Shown in pieces: positions 39,452-49,766 of a stretch of DNA of 64,000 bases. Both the position numbers and the translations under genes were made by a program. How positions within the stretch are numbered: position 1 is the first letter of the stretch; every line of letters begins with the position of its first letter. This DNA is from Thermoproteota archaeon (GTDB lineage: Archaea; Korarchaeota; Korarchaeia; Korarchaeales; Korarchaeaceae), in assembly GCA_026986575.1 (NCBI GenBank), contig JALSOH010000004.1, positions 576,001 to 640,000 of the forward strand. Reading direction: 5' to 3'. The notes beneath the pieces are model-generated. The model saw only the letters and a program-made list of their open reading frames with translations, had not been told where the DNA came from and did not search any database.

Positions 39452-39547
39452 CTAATAACTTTGTGAATCAGGTCGCATATCGTCCGGTCCAGTCAAGGGA
39501 CCGTGAGGCGGACACAGACAAGAAGAAGTAAAAATTAGGGATAGGGG

Positions 39548-40642
39548 TCAAGGCCTGAAGGCGTAGAGTTTCTCCACCTCTCTGGTTACAGGCTCTCCCT
39601 CAACTATCTCGTTATCCACACTCACTACCATCCCACCGAACGGTATAACCGGATTCACATACTCCACAGTAAACCCAGACACGGCCATTTTCCAGTCTGG
39701 ATACTTCAACGCGTACTTCATTACTAGGGTGCCCTTCACATATCTCTTCCCCACAGGATGAACGATAGATCGGGGAATGTCTTTACCTCCGATCCTCCAA
39801 GTGGTCCTGTTGTCCACAGACTCCATCTTGAATGCGATGAATACTAGAGGCTCCTTAGGATTGGCCTTCCCTGGCTCAGGACATTTCTCGATACTTGCAT
39901 TAACTTTGTCGTCTATGAGCTGAACGGTTCTGCAGAAATGAGGCCTTCCTAGGTGATCGAGCAGGTTAACCTCCACGGTGGTGTAGTTGACGCCTAAGTA
40001 AATGTAGGTTCTCGTCCTAGTTACATTATAGAGGATCGCCTCGTTCTCCTCGACCTCGCCTAGGACCCTCCATTCATCCGTCCCCCAAGGTATGGGCTGA
40101 TATATCTTCTTCTCCTTGTCGTAGTTATACCTCTCGACGTAGTATATAGCGAAAGAGCTATTGCTTAGAGCGATCTCGTAGCCAGCCCTCATCCACAAGC
40201 GAGTTATCCCCAAAAGGGTCCAGTCCTTGAAGAAGAAGGCAGAGGCCTCAAGGGTCTCCTTCCTAGTGTGGCCGGCTAGAACGACTATATCCCTCCCACC
40301 TTTGAAGATGGACACCAAAAACGTCCTAGGTTCCCGTATGAGGGTGGTCGAGTTCTGCGGGGGTATATAGTTGGAGGAGATGTTTCCAACCCCATCGTAA
40401 GCCTCAGGACCGCCGAGGATCAGGATTACCTCGTAGTTCTTGAGTGCTTCTTTGAAGTCACTAGGCCCCATTATCTTATACTCCACGCTCGAATTGGTGA
40501 GTATCTCCCCTATGAACTGGGCGGTGGGCATATCAGCATCGTTGCTGATTATGGCCACCTTAGGGGCCTTCTCACCGACCGCTTGGTTGAAGGCCACTGG
40601 GAGCACAAGCAGAGCGATTAGAATGGCGACTGCGTATCTCAT
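39548..40642 (-). CDS. Secreted protein with N-terminal S-layer/CWB2-like domain
   Basis: Signal peptide; ILILGGPEAY, VLAGHTRKET. Confidence 0.7.
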   Translation of the reverse strand: MRYAVAILIALLVLPVAFNQAVGEKAPKVAIISNDADMPTAQFIGEILTNSSVEYKIMGPSDFKEALKNYEVILILGGPEAYDGVGNISSNYIPPQNSTTLIREPRTFLVSIFKGGRDIVVLAGHTRKETLEASAFFFKDWTLLGITRLWMRAGYEIALSNSSFAIYYVERYNYDKEKKIYQPIPWGTDEWRVLGEVEENEAILYNVTRTRTYIYLGVNYTTVEVNLLDHLGRPHFCRTVQLIDDKVNASIEKCPEPGKANPKEPLVFIAFKMESVDNRTTWRIGGKDIPRSIVHPVGKRYVKGTLVMKYALKYPDWKMAVSGFTVEYVNPVIPFGGMVVSVDNEIVEGEPVTREVEKLYAFRP

Positions 40643-40689
40643 CTCGCAACCTCTCCACCTCGACTTAAAGAGCTTTACGCGTCGCTCGG

Positions 40690-42006
40690 CTACATCCCCT
40701 TTATACTCAGCTCGATGAGCTTCTTTATCTCGTTGGCGTATTCGAACGGTATGTCCCTCACCACGGGTTCGAAGAATCCGAGCACTATCATAGTGATGGC
40801 CTCCTCCTCACTGAGCCCCCTGCTCATCAGATAGAAGAGCTTGTCCTCAGCGACCTTCCCCACGTAGGCCTCATGGCCAAGTTCGGAGTCTATCTCATCG
40901 CTCCTCAACGCAGGTATCGTCTCGCTCGAAGCCTCTGGTGACAGGAGCAGAGAGTCACATTGAACGAATCCACTGGAGCCTTTGGCGCCCTGAACGATCT
41001 CCACCTTCCCGTAGAAGTTGGTGGAGCCCCTATCTTTGGCTACGCTTTTACTAATCACTTGACTCTTCGTGTTTGGAGCTAGATGCCTTATCACCACGCC
41101 AGCATCGTGCCTCTCCTCACCCTTCACGAAGGAGAGACCAACGTTTCTAGCCGAGGACCCCTCACCTCTCAGGTGGATGACTGGCCTCACGGCAGTGTGC
41201 TTGCTCCCCATCAGGGATTCTACCCACTCTATCTTCGCACGGCTCATGGCGACGCCCCTCTTGGTGGGGAGGTTGATCACATGGTTCGCCCAGTTCTGCA
41301 TGGTCGTTATCCTCACCTCTGCTCCGGGATAGGCCCAGACCTCAGTGACGCCGTAGTGCAGAGCTTCCCTTATGTAGGAAGGGGCGGAGCACCCTTCGAT
41401 GTAGTGAACCTTAGCTCCCTCCTCAGCCACTACTATGGTGTGATCGGCCTGAGCGATGGGGAGGGACCTCATCACGAATAGGGCGCTTATGGGGAACGGA
41501 ACCTCAACCCCCTCGGGCACGTATATGAAGGTGCCACCCGCCCAGAGGGCGTAGTGTAGGGCCAGGATCTTGTTCTCCTCAGGGCCGGCGAGTCTGGCGA
41601 AGTAACTCCTCACCAGATCCTCGTGCTCCCTTATGGCCCTGTCTATGGGCATAGCTATAACTCCGAGGGACCTGAGCTGATCGGAGAACGTCTGGTACAC
41701 GATGGAGGAGTCCACTTGGACCTGCATCCCCGCTAACATCTCCATTTCCTCCTCTGGTATGCCTAGGGCCTCCAGAGTCTCCCTGATCTCCTGCGGCAGT
41801 TCCTCAAGCTTCTCCGCCTTCTCCGCCGGGGAAAAATATTCCAAGGACTCGAAGTCCACCTTCACGTGTCGGGCATGTTCGGGCATGTCTAGCTTGAAGA
41901 AGAGTCTCGCCGACCTCTCCCTCACCTCCCTCAACCAGTCAGGCTCCCCCAGCTCCTTGGATATCTGTCTGGCCTTACTTACTAGGAACTCCTCCGTCAG
42001 GCTCAC
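40690..42006 (-). CDS. sufB: Fe-S cluster assembly scaffold SufB
   Basis: HYIEGCSAP, TMQNW, QCDSLL, HEAYVGK, LFYLMSRG. Confidence 0.92.
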   Translation of the reverse strand: MSLTEEFLVSKARQISKELGEPDWLREVRERSARLFFKLDMPEHARHVKVDFESLEYFSPAEKAEKLEELPQEIRETLEALGIPEEEMEMLAGMQVQVDSSIVYQTFSDQLRSLGVIAMPIDRAIREHEDLVRSYFARLAGPEENKILALHYALWAGGTFIYVPEGVEVPFPISALFVMRSLPIAQADHTIVVAEEGAKVHYIEGCSAPSYIREALHYGVTEVWAYPGAEVRITTMQNWANHVINLPTKRGVAMSRAKIEWVESLMGSKHTAVRPVIHLRGEGSSARNVGLSFVKGEERHDAGVVIRHLAPNTKSQVISKSVAKDRGSTNFYGKVEIVQGAKGSSGFVQCDSLLLSPEASSETIPALRSDEIDSELGHEAYVGKVAEDKLFYLMSRGLSEEEAITMIVLGFFEPVVRDIPFEYANEIKKLIELSIKGM

Positions 42007-42752
42007 CTGATCACCACCTCGAACCCGCTCTCCTGAATCCTCTCAAAGAGGTCGCCTCCGCCGCTGGCCACGATCCTACCGTCGTACATCACATGGACCC
42101 TATCCACCTTCAAGTGCCTGTACAGTCCCCCCGTGTGAGTTATGAGCAAGAGGGTGATACCCTCTTGCAGGGCCCTGTCGAGCAGCCTTCCAATGATGTT
42201 CAGGGAGTCCACATCCACTCCTGAGTCAGGCTCGTCCAGTATAGCAAGCTTAGGCCTGAGGGCGAACATCTGCAGGATCTCGAATTTCTTCTTCTCTCCT
42301 CCAGAGAATCCCACGTTTATCTCCCTATCCAAGAATCCCTCATTGAATCCGAGGGCCTCCAAGTAGGGTCCGAGCTTCTCCGTCACGAACTCAACCACAT
42401 GCTCCCTCAGCGGGGTCAGAGGCTTTTCTCCAGTTCTCTTCTCGATGAGCTTCGCTAGATAATCGACCATGTTTAGACCCTCTATCTCCACGGGATTCTG
42501 GAATGCTAGAAATATACCTCTCCTAGCTCTCTCGTCTGGAGGGAGTGATGTGATGTCCCTACCCTCGAAGAAGATCTTCCCTCCCACCACCTCGTAGGCC
42601 GGATGGCCCGCCACAGCGAGGGCTAAGGTGGACTTCCCGGATCCGTTGGGGCCTATGATCAGATGAACCTGTCTCCCTTGAACCTCCAGATTAGCTCCCT
42701 TAATTATCTCCCTGTCCTCTACGCGGACCCTGAGTCCTTCAAGTCTCAGCAT
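42003..42752 (-). CDS. sufC: Fe-S cluster assembly ATPase SufC
   Basis: GPNGSGKST, FLAFQNP, GFSGGEKK, LDEPDSG. Confidence 0.95.
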   Translation of the reverse strand: MLRLEGLRVRVEDREIIKGANLEVQGRQVHLIIGPNGSGKSTLALAVAGHPAYEVVGGKIFFEGRDITSLPPDERARRGIFLAFQNPVEIEGLNMVDYLAKLIEKRTGEKPLTPLREHVVEFVTEKLGPYLEALGFNEGFLDREINVGFSGGEKKKFEILQMFALRPKLAILDEPDSGVDVDSLNIIGRLLDRALQEGITLLLITHTGGLYRHLKVDRVHVMYDGRIVASGGGDLFERIQESGFEVVIR

Positions 42753-42856
42753 TTTGGAACACCTTCCAGTCTAACCGAGGGCGACTTATTTTACCTTCAC
42801 CTATAGAACTATTGTTATGGATTCAACATTATAAAGTTGCGCAGACGAGGGGCGCG

Positions 42857-44179
42857 ATGAAGGGCCTCCCCCTCCTATTGCTCCTAGCTTCGTTCACCAT
42901 CCTACCCATGCTACACAGCGATGCACTACCCCTGATAGAGGTGTGGGTCGAGGACGCCTCGGCTAAACAGGTCGCGTTATCCAGCAAACTGATGGCATAC
43001 CTTAGTGAGAACGGAACTCTCGTGATCACGAGCGATCGTGGTAGGCTGGCGATCAGGGTGGGCGGAGGGAGGCTTATAGCCGGGAGGGATATATTCCTTC
43101 AAAAGGGAGACGCTCTCTACTTGGTCACCGCTACGGACCTCGAGAGAGTAATGGAATGCGGGAGATGCTTCTTCTACCCCTATTCCAAGGATAGGATCGC
43201 TGTAGTGGATTCCAAGGGTCTACTGCTGGTCTCAGATGGGGAGAAGAGGAGATTGCGAGTGAAGGGCACGGTCAGATGGTCCGACGACGGCCGGAGGCTC
43301 TCAGTGATATCAGGCGATGAGCTCCTCGTGGTGAACGCCTCCGGCTCTGTAGTATGGAGGAAGGACATGAACACTCAGCTCTTCGATGCTGAGCCAGATG
43401 ATCTAACTTACGTTTGCATGAAGGGATGCGAGGTGTACGCGATAAACGAAAGATCCTTCGTGGCTTGGACCAACAGGCTATGCAAGTGCTGCATCCCCGG
43501 CAAGCTCGATAAGTCGGGGAGTCTCCTCTTCGTGCTGGTTCAGGGGAAGGAGCTGGCAGTACTGAATACTAGCGATGGGAGGAGGATTCAGTCCCTGAGC
43601 CTAGAGGGGTACGAGATAGACGCCATCCCGGGGATCATAGCTGTTAGGGATGGGGAGGGAAGGATACATGTGATGGTGGACGCCAGCAGAGTGCATATCA
43701 AGGGGGAGAGCAGTGGCGTGCTCATCAGCTGGGATGTGCCCAGCTGGCTGAAGTACGGAGAGATCACAGTGGAACATCCTTGGGGCAAAGTAGCTATCCC
43801 GGTAGGCCCTGACAGCTTTGTGCCGATCCCAGCAAAGGGAGACGTCAACGTGACCTTGAGAGGTGCCTCTGGGGAGATCTCCCTTATCGTGAAAGTGAGA
43901 CCGCTAAATGTGACCGCTACGCCTTTCGGAGATATTCGTATCTCCGGAGACGGGATCTTCGAGGTCGAGGTCGATGGTAGGAGGTACGTTCCCCCTATCC
44001 GGGTGGATACCGGGTGGCTTCCTACGTACACCTTAAAGATCTACAACCACGGCGTGCTGGTAGCTGAACGCACCTCGTTTAACGCAAGACCGCTCCTAAT
44101 TATTGTGATCTCGATTATAGCCGTTCTTCTCTGGAAGCTTAGCTCCAGATCCTCAAGTCAAGGAAAGACCCCCGATTAA
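42857..44179 (+). CDS. Secreted beta-propeller (PQQ-like) surface protein with C-terminal TM anchor
   Basis: Signal peptide, GSVVWRK/VAWTN-type repeats, Cys clusters, hydrophobic C-terminus. Confidence 0.6.
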   Translation: MKGLPLLLLLASFTILPMLHSDALPLIEVWVEDASAKQVALSSKLMAYLSENGTLVITSDRGRLAIRVGGGRLIAGRDIFLQKGDALYLVTATDLERVMECGRCFFYPYSKDRIAVVDSKGLLLVSDGEKRRLRVKGTVRWSDDGRRLSVISGDELLVVNASGSVVWRKDMNTQLFDAEPDDLTYVCMKGCEVYAINERSFVAWTNRLCKCCIPGKLDKSGSLLFVLVQGKELAVLNTSDGRRIQSLSLEGYEIDAIPGIIAVRDGEGRIHVMVDASRVHIKGESSGVLISWDVPSWLKYGEITVEHPWGKVAIPVGPDSFVPIPAKGDVNVTLRGASGEISLIVKVRPLNVTATPFGDIRISGDGIFEVEVDGRRYVPPIRVDTGWLPTYTLKIYNHGVLVAERTSFNARPLLIIVISIIAVLLWKLSSRSSSQGKTPD

Positions 44180-44208
44180 TCTTTATTTTGTCTCATTCGT
44201 TAAGGCCT

Positions 44209-44988
44209 ATGGAACTAGGATTGGCCGGTAAGCTGGCCGTTGTAACTGGAGGAAGCTCCGGTTTAGGTAAAGCTGCCGCTGCATCATTACTTAAGGAGGG
44301 CGCTAGGGTCCTGATTGCATCACGGACGGAGGAAAGGTTGAGGAAAGCCGTGAGCGATTTGTCGGGTCTGGGAGAGGTGGAGGCCCAAAGAACCGATCTG
44401 ATCAAATTAGAGGACATAGAATCCCTCTTTAGGAGATCCGAGGAGATGGGAGGGGCCGATATACTTGTGATCAGCTATGGAGGACCGAGAATAGCCAGAT
44501 TTCCCGATCTCAATGATGGAGATTGGTATCACGCCTATGAACTCTTGGTGATGAGCGTAGTCAGGCTTGCTAGGCTGTTTGGCTTCAGGATGAAGGAGAG
44601 GAGGTGGGGCAGGATAGTTCTGGTCACCTCGGTGGCAATCAAGGAGGTGAACATGAATATACCCCTCTCCACCAGCGTGAGGCTCTCCTTGGCTGGTCTC
44701 GTCAAGGTCCTATCGAGGGAGCTAGCCCCAGAGGTGAACGTTAATGCCGTCATGCCCGGCCATTTCATGACAGAGAGGCAGCGGGATCTCCTTAGATCGA
44801 GGGCAGCTGAGAGGGATCTGTCGCTTGAAGAAATGGAGATCGAGGCGGCAAGGGAGATACCTCTGGCCAGATTCGGAAGACCCGAGGAGCTGGGCGATGT
44901 GATCGCCTTCCTGGCGAGTGAGAGGGCGAGCTACATAACAGGCTCTCTCATACCCGTGGATGGGGGCCTGCTGTCCTGCACCCTGTGA
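44209..44988 (+). CDS. SDR-family oxidoreductase (atypical Y-less subgroup)
   Basis: TGGSSGLG, LSTSVR in place of YxxxK, IPLARFGRPEE, VDGG. Confidence 0.9.
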   Translation: MELGLAGKLAVVTGGSSGLGKAAAASLLKEGARVLIASRTEERLRKAVSDLSGLGEVEAQRTDLIKLEDIESLFRRSEEMGGADILVISYGGPRIARFPDLNDGDWYHAYELLVMSVVRLARLFGFRMKERRWGRIVLVTSVAIKEVNMNIPLSTSVRLSLAGLVKVLSRELAPEVNVNAVMPGHFMTERQRDLLRSRAAERDLSLEEMEIEAAREIPLARFGRPEELGDVIAFLASERASYITGSLIPVDGGLLSCTL

Positions 44989-44992
44989 GGTG

Positions 44993-46033
44993 ATGAGTTT
45001 GTCGGAGTGGATAGGTCTCTTGGAGAAACTGTCAGTCGCAGCTGGCCCTCCCGGCTTCGAGGACGAGGTTCGGGAAATCTTGATAGAGGAGCTCAAGGAA
45101 AGCGTCGATCAGCTGTTCACCGATCCCTTCGGGAATCTGTACGCGGTGAAGAGGGGTAAGAGCGAGAGGAAGCTGATGATCGCCGCTCACATGGACGAGG
45201 TGGCTCTCATGGTCAGGTACTTGGAGCCAGATGGGTTCCTCAGGGTCACTAACTTGGGAGGACTCAATCCAGCCCAGCTTCTGTCTCAGAGAGTGCTCTT
45301 GCACGGGAGGAAGAAGCTCAGGGGAGTTATAGGGACCCTACCGGTCCACATGGGTAAGGAGGAGCCCCCAAAGATGGAGGATCTCTATGTAGATGTGGGA
45401 GCCACCAACAGGGAGCAGCTGGAAAAGCTAGGGGTCAGGCCCGGGACCCCTGTGACCTTCGATGTCCCCTTCATCCACCAAGAGGACACGGGAGTAGTGA
45501 TAGGGAAGGCGCTGGACGACAGACTGGGATGCCTCGTCTTGGCAGAATCCCTCAAGAGGATTAACGACCCCGATATGACAATCTACGGGGTGTTCACCTC
45601 ACAAGAGGAGAGGGGGATGAGGGGTGCAACAGTCGCGGTGAACAGGATCCAGCCGGATCTGGCGTTCGTGCTCGAGGGAACGATAGCGTCTGATGTACCG
45701 GGAGTTCCGGCCCATAAATACGTAACTGAGCTTGGAAAGGGGCCCGCCCTGAGGGTTATGGATAGGACTGTGATCGTGCAGAGGTGGCTCCTCGAGGAGA
45801 TGGTATCTAGGGCGGAGAAGCTCAGCATACCCCACCAGCTACAGCTCTCCCCAACGAGCGGGACTGATGCAGCTGCCATAAGTGTCGGGGGGAAGGGGAC
45901 TCCTGTTGGGATAGTATCAGTCCCAGCTAGGTATATTCACACGCCCTCAAGCCTCGCCCGAGTCGAGGATGTAGAGAACGCGTTGAAGCTGATGACCGAT
46001 CTAGCGAGATCGCCACCAGAGCCTAGATATTGA
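44993..46033 (+). CDS. M42 (TET) aminopeptidase
   Basis: AAHMDEV, KALDDRLG, QEERG, GTDA, RYIHTP. Confidence 0.93.
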   Translation: MSLSEWIGLLEKLSVAAGPPGFEDEVREILIEELKESVDQLFTDPFGNLYAVKRGKSERKLMIAAHMDEVALMVRYLEPDGFLRVTNLGGLNPAQLLSQRVLLHGRKKLRGVIGTLPVHMGKEEPPKMEDLYVDVGATNREQLEKLGVRPGTPVTFDVPFIHQEDTGVVIGKALDDRLGCLVLAESLKRINDPDMTIYGVFTSQEERGMRGATVAVNRIQPDLAFVLEGTIASDVPGVPAHKYVTELGKGPALRVMDRTVIVQRWLLEEMVSRAEKLSIPHQLQLSPTSGTDAAAISVGGKGTPVGIVSVPARYIHTPSSLARVEDVENALKLMTDLARSPPEPRY

Positions 46034-47225
46034 GTAGAATCCTCTCCCGGAATACCATTCCCCTCCTCTTCATTTCATCTAAGAAGGGCATCGGATCGAT
46101 GACTTCCTCGGGATAGTGGACGCCGGGCAGGTTCAAGATCCCGAGCCCGATCCACTGAGCTGCTAAGGAGGCGGGACTTCCCACAAGCAGGGCCTGAGCG
46201 CTCACATTCCACCTTTCACTCCAGCTTATCAGTGCCTCTACTAAGATCTCCACTCTTAAACCTCCTCTCCAGCCCTTAGCGATAACCGCCATCACATCAT
46301 GATCATTTGGCTTGAGTTCTTTCTCCCTCAGGGATCCTAAGATTAGCTCCCTCACAACATCCCTCGGTATAATGCTCACATCTCCAAGCTTAATGGGTCG
46401 AGTTGACGTCAATCCTAAGTCGTGGAGCAACCTGTACTTCATCAGAAGATCTCTGGGAAAGGATAGCTTGTAATCGACGAACCTCAATCCCTTACTCCTG
46501 AAGGTCTCACCAAGGGAGTACACCTCGGGATGCTCGACGTAGTATAACTCCTGCTCTCCAACTGGATGGGGAAAAGACATGATCTCCCTGCCCGAGAAGG
46601 GGTCAACCAGCTCTATACTCCCGTCCCTCCACACCTCTACGGGCTGCTCCATTTCATCGAATATTGTGTCTAGGGAGTATGGAACCGGAAGCGGCACGCC
46701 CATCGAATCATAATCGTTTAGATCTATCCATCCCTCCCTCAAGAGGAGCGTATCAACCCTGTCGAGTTCCTCAACGGCCTTAGCAGCCATCACATTTATG
46801 AGCCCCGGGCTCCCACCCATCTCTAATAGAGCAATTAGACCTTTACTCCTGAACTGATGGTCCATTTCTCTCTGGACTAACAACGTCTCTACGTCATCTC
46901 CCAAGTCCAAGTAGTGGATCCCTGCCTCTAAAGCAGCCCTCATGACAACCGGTATTGTCGTATAGAGGGCTGCATCGATGACCACGTCTGTCTTGAACTT
47001 TTTGAGAGAGGATATCACCTCATCGAGCTTCGTGGCATCCAGCCTGGCATACCTCACCTCCTTGTACCTAGTTAGACTGCTCGCCTCATCTGCGACCCGG
47101 CGCGCCCTATCACCGTCAATGTCGGCAACTAGCACGGACTCAACATCCGGACTCATGAAATCATCGGCTAGGTCCAGCACTGCCGCTCTCCCCATCACGC
47201 CAGCTCCTATAACCGCAATTCTCAT
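46023..47225 (-). CDS. Saccharopine dehydrogenase / carboxyspermidine dehydrogenase family protein
   Basis: GAGVMG, HYLDLG, GGSPG, EHPEV, GVHYPEE. Confidence 0.8.
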   Translation of the reverse strand: MRIAVIGAGVMGRAAVLDLADDFMSPDVESVLVADIDGDRARRVADEASSLTRYKEVRYARLDATKLDEVISSLKKFKTDVVIDAALYTTIPVVMRAALEAGIHYLDLGDDVETLLVQREMDHQFRSKGLIALLEMGGSPGLINVMAAKAVEELDRVDTLLLREGWIDLNDYDSMGVPLPVPYSLDTIFDEMEQPVEVWRDGSIELVDPFSGREIMSFPHPVGEQELYYVEHPEVYSLGETFRSKGLRFVDYKLSFPRDLLMKYRLLHDLGLTSTRPIKLGDVSIIPRDVVRELILGSLREKELKPNDHDVMAVIAKGWRGGLRVEILVEALISWSERWNVSAQALLVGSPASLAAQWIGLGILNLPGVHYPEEVIDPMPFLDEMKRRGMVFRERILLNI

Positions 47226-47413
47226 CGTGCTTCTAACGCGGACTGGCTCATCGAATAATTAAAGGATTTTTACTTTAGGATGGCAGCGCGCGGGGTCTCA
47301 AATTTTCGGTCCTTGCTCTAAATTGATGAGTTCGGGTTGCAAAGGCGCGGAAGGGAGGAAACCTACTTTATAATTTGCTGTGTAAATCATAAAAATTAAT
47401 AATTATAATGATA

Positions 47414-47433
47414 TACGTTGTCAAAACAACGTA
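47414..47433. promoter_or_regulatory. Perfect palindrome abutting the BRE/TATA of the 47466 operon
   Basis: TACGTTGT-CAAA-ACAACGTA followed by AACTTTAATTAAA. Confidence 0.55.
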
Positions 47434-47465
47434 AACTTTAATTAAATGATCTCCCGACTAACCGG

Positions 47466-49055
47466 GTGCTTATGCCGCTATCCGGAAAAAACCTAATTAA
47501 CCTAGTTCTCATCGTCTTAATAGTTGCTGTCGGTATCCTGACCTTCACGGGCTCGGCTGCACTGGGTGGAGAGCCGAAGCTGGACATCAAGGTGCATTAT
47601 AAAGAGCAGATAATATCGGCGGCCTACAAAGTTTATGGAAGACCGAGCCTGAAATTCTGGGTTGCCAAGACAGTCCTGAAGAACACGGGCGATGTGCCCG
47701 TGAGGAGCGTCAAGGTGAGTTACTATATAGAGGGATACACCTCTTGGTCGACTCCCACCGAATACGACGAGATACCACCAGGGAGCGCCGTGGTTGATAC
47801 CTACTACCCCAAGTTACCGAAAAAGGTGGCGGAGCTCACTTCCCCAGTCCCCACCAAGCTGTACATAAAGGTCACTTACGATAAGGGCGGGAGGACGGAG
47901 GAAGTAGTTCAGAGCAAGGATATAGAGATCCTAGGAGTTCACGACATAGTGTATTCATCAATACCGGCAGAGGAATCCCTGCTCACATTCCCTGATGTGT
48001 TCAGCAATGCTCCGCTTCTGGCCGCTTGGGTCACCCCGACTGATCCTGTAGTGAGGGAATTCTCCGACTTGGGGAACAAGCTAGCTGGAGGTGCTGGAGC
48101 ATCCCTATCTGATGAAGGAGCACTTAAAACAATGCAGGGCATATGGCAGGCTCTCTTGATAAGAGGAACAACCTATAAAACTGAACCAGAGGGTTTCTGG
48201 ACCGGAAAATATGCACAGTACGTCAAATTCCCCAGAGACACTATCCTAGATGGGGAGGGGACCTGCCTAGATCTGGCGATAATGTACGCAAGCCTAGTAG
48301 CTGCGCAGGGGCTTACCGATGTCTACATAATGCTGGTACCTGGTCATGCATTCCCCATCGTTAGGCTGCCGAAGAGCGGGGCAATGATACCGATTGAGAC
48401 CACAACCCTCAATCAAGGCGCCACATTCAAGCAAGCCGTGCAAACGGCGGTGTATAACTGGCAGCAGAAGTTCAGCAAGGGGCCTTACATCCCGATAAGC
48501 ATCAAGATATGGCAGGCTTCCGGAGTAACCCCACCAGAACTACCTTCCCTGCCACCAGATATACTGGAGAGGAAGGGGATCAAGCAAAAGATACTCGCGG
48601 TCATCAACAAGCTAGGTGGAGAACTCAGATCCTACTCTAACAATTACTTCTCCATAAGGTACCCATCATCTTGGAGCGAGGATAGTGGCACAGACGATGA
48701 GGGGAGCTACATCAGCTGGACCTATCCAGAAGACGAGGGGATGACCCTCTATATATCATGGACCCCCTTTCAAGGGTCTCTGAGCGACTACATTTCGTAT
48801 ATTGAGTCCCTGTACGACGAACAGAGGATGGGAATGCAGCAGGGCCAGATGGGCGCCTGTCCTTACGTGATAGCTTCCTATGCTTGGGAATACGAGGGTC
48901 AGCCGTGGATGAGCAATGAGATATACATACTCTGCAAAGGGGTTGGAATCCACCTATCCTTCCAAGCGGAGAAGCGTTACTGGGACGATGGGACGGCAAG
49001 CACTGTCTGGGACAGAGTGGCAAGCACATTTTACCCCATTGTGGCCGGAGGGTGA
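47466..49055 (+). CDS. Membrane-anchored transglutaminase-like protein with C-terminal PsbP/DcrB-like domain
   Basis: N-terminal TM helix; GTCLDLA, GHAFP, IETT (C-H-E triad); YSNNYFSIRYPSSW. Confidence 0.7.
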   Translation: MLMPLSGKNLINLVLIVLIVAVGILTFTGSAALGGEPKLDIKVHYKEQIISAAYKVYGRPSLKFWVAKTVLKNTGDVPVRSVKVSYYIEGYTSWSTPTEYDEIPPGSAVVDTYYPKLPKKVAELTSPVPTKLYIKVTYDKGGRTEEVVQSKDIEILGVHDIVYSSIPAEESLLTFPDVFSNAPLLAAWVTPTDPVVREFSDLGNKLAGGAGASLSDEGALKTMQGIWQALLIRGTTYKTEPEGFWTGKYAQYVKFPRDTILDGEGTCLDLAIMYASLVAAQGLTDVYIMLVPGHAFPIVRLPKSGAMIPIETTTLNQGATFKQAVQTAVYNWQQKFSKGPYIPISIKIWQASGVTPPELPSLPPDILERKGIKQKILAVINKLGGELRSYSNNYFSIRYPSSWSEDSGTDDEGSYISWTYPEDEGMTLYISWTPFQGSLSDYISYIESLYDEQRMGMQQGQMGACPYVIASYAWEYEGQPWMSNEIYILCKGVGIHLSFQAEKRYWDDGTASTVWDRVASTFYPIVAGG

Positions 49056-49059
49056 TGAC

Positions 49060-49761
49060 ATGAAGCTCAGAGCTTTGCTCTTGATCTTGACCATGCTCGT
49101 CCTGTGCAGTCCACTCCTTGCGAGCGCTCAGCCCATAGCGCTGGGGCAACCCACCAAGGGAATAGAACTCCCAGTAAAGCTAGAGATAGACGACATTCTG
49201 AACATGACCGTGATGGAGAACGGATTGGTCAAGGTGGATGAGGTCGTCAAGGCCACAGCCACAGGCTACCTGATACTGAAGCAGCAATATCCCCTGTCCT
49301 TCCTGTTCAAGAGGTTCATTGAGATGGACAAGGCCGATGTGGAGCTCGAAAACCTGACCGTTAACTTCGACGATGCCAACAGGAGGGTGACAGCCAGCTA
49401 TGTAGCCTTAGGAATGACCGCCAAGAAGATGGATAAGTGGGTTTTCTCCATGGAAGGTGACGCGAAACTCACTACTAGGGCTGGAAACACGCTTGTCTTC
49501 AGTAAGACATTCCCCATGCCCTTGGGTGGGAAAAAGAACATGGTAATAACAGTGCATCTCCCCGAGTCAGCCAGCGATGTATCCGTGACCTCAGAGGGAG
49601 GCTACACTAGGATCTACTACAGGCTCCCTTCTAGCGGATCCGGTGGTAATCTGATCCTCATGGGCATCTTAGGGGCTCTGATAGTTCTCCTAGTACTGAA
49701 CTTGGTACTAAAAGAGGGGCTACTAGGTCTTCTCAAGATGTTGAAGAGGGAAAAGGCCTGA
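49060..49761 (+). CDS. Exported protein with C-terminal TM anchor
   Basis: Signal peptide, ITVHLPESA beta-sandwich motif, SSGSGG linker and TM helix. Confidence 0.7.
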   Translation: MKLRALLLILTMLVLCSPLLASAQPIALGQPTKGIELPVKLEIDDILNMTVMENGLVKVDEVVKATATGYLILKQQYPLSFLFKRFIEMDKADVELENLTVNFDDANRRVTASYVALGMTAKKMDKWVFSMEGDAKLTTRAGNTLVFSKTFPMPLGGKKNMVITVHLPESASDVSVTSEGGYTRIYYRLPSSGSGGNLILMGILGALIVLLVLNLVLKEGLLGLLKMLKREKA

Positions 49762-49766
49762 GGATC

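Noticed and set aside
39482-39516. GTCCG...CGGAC-ACA possible H/ACA RNA
   Set aside because: No K-turn or bipartite pocket; kept only as a hairpin note
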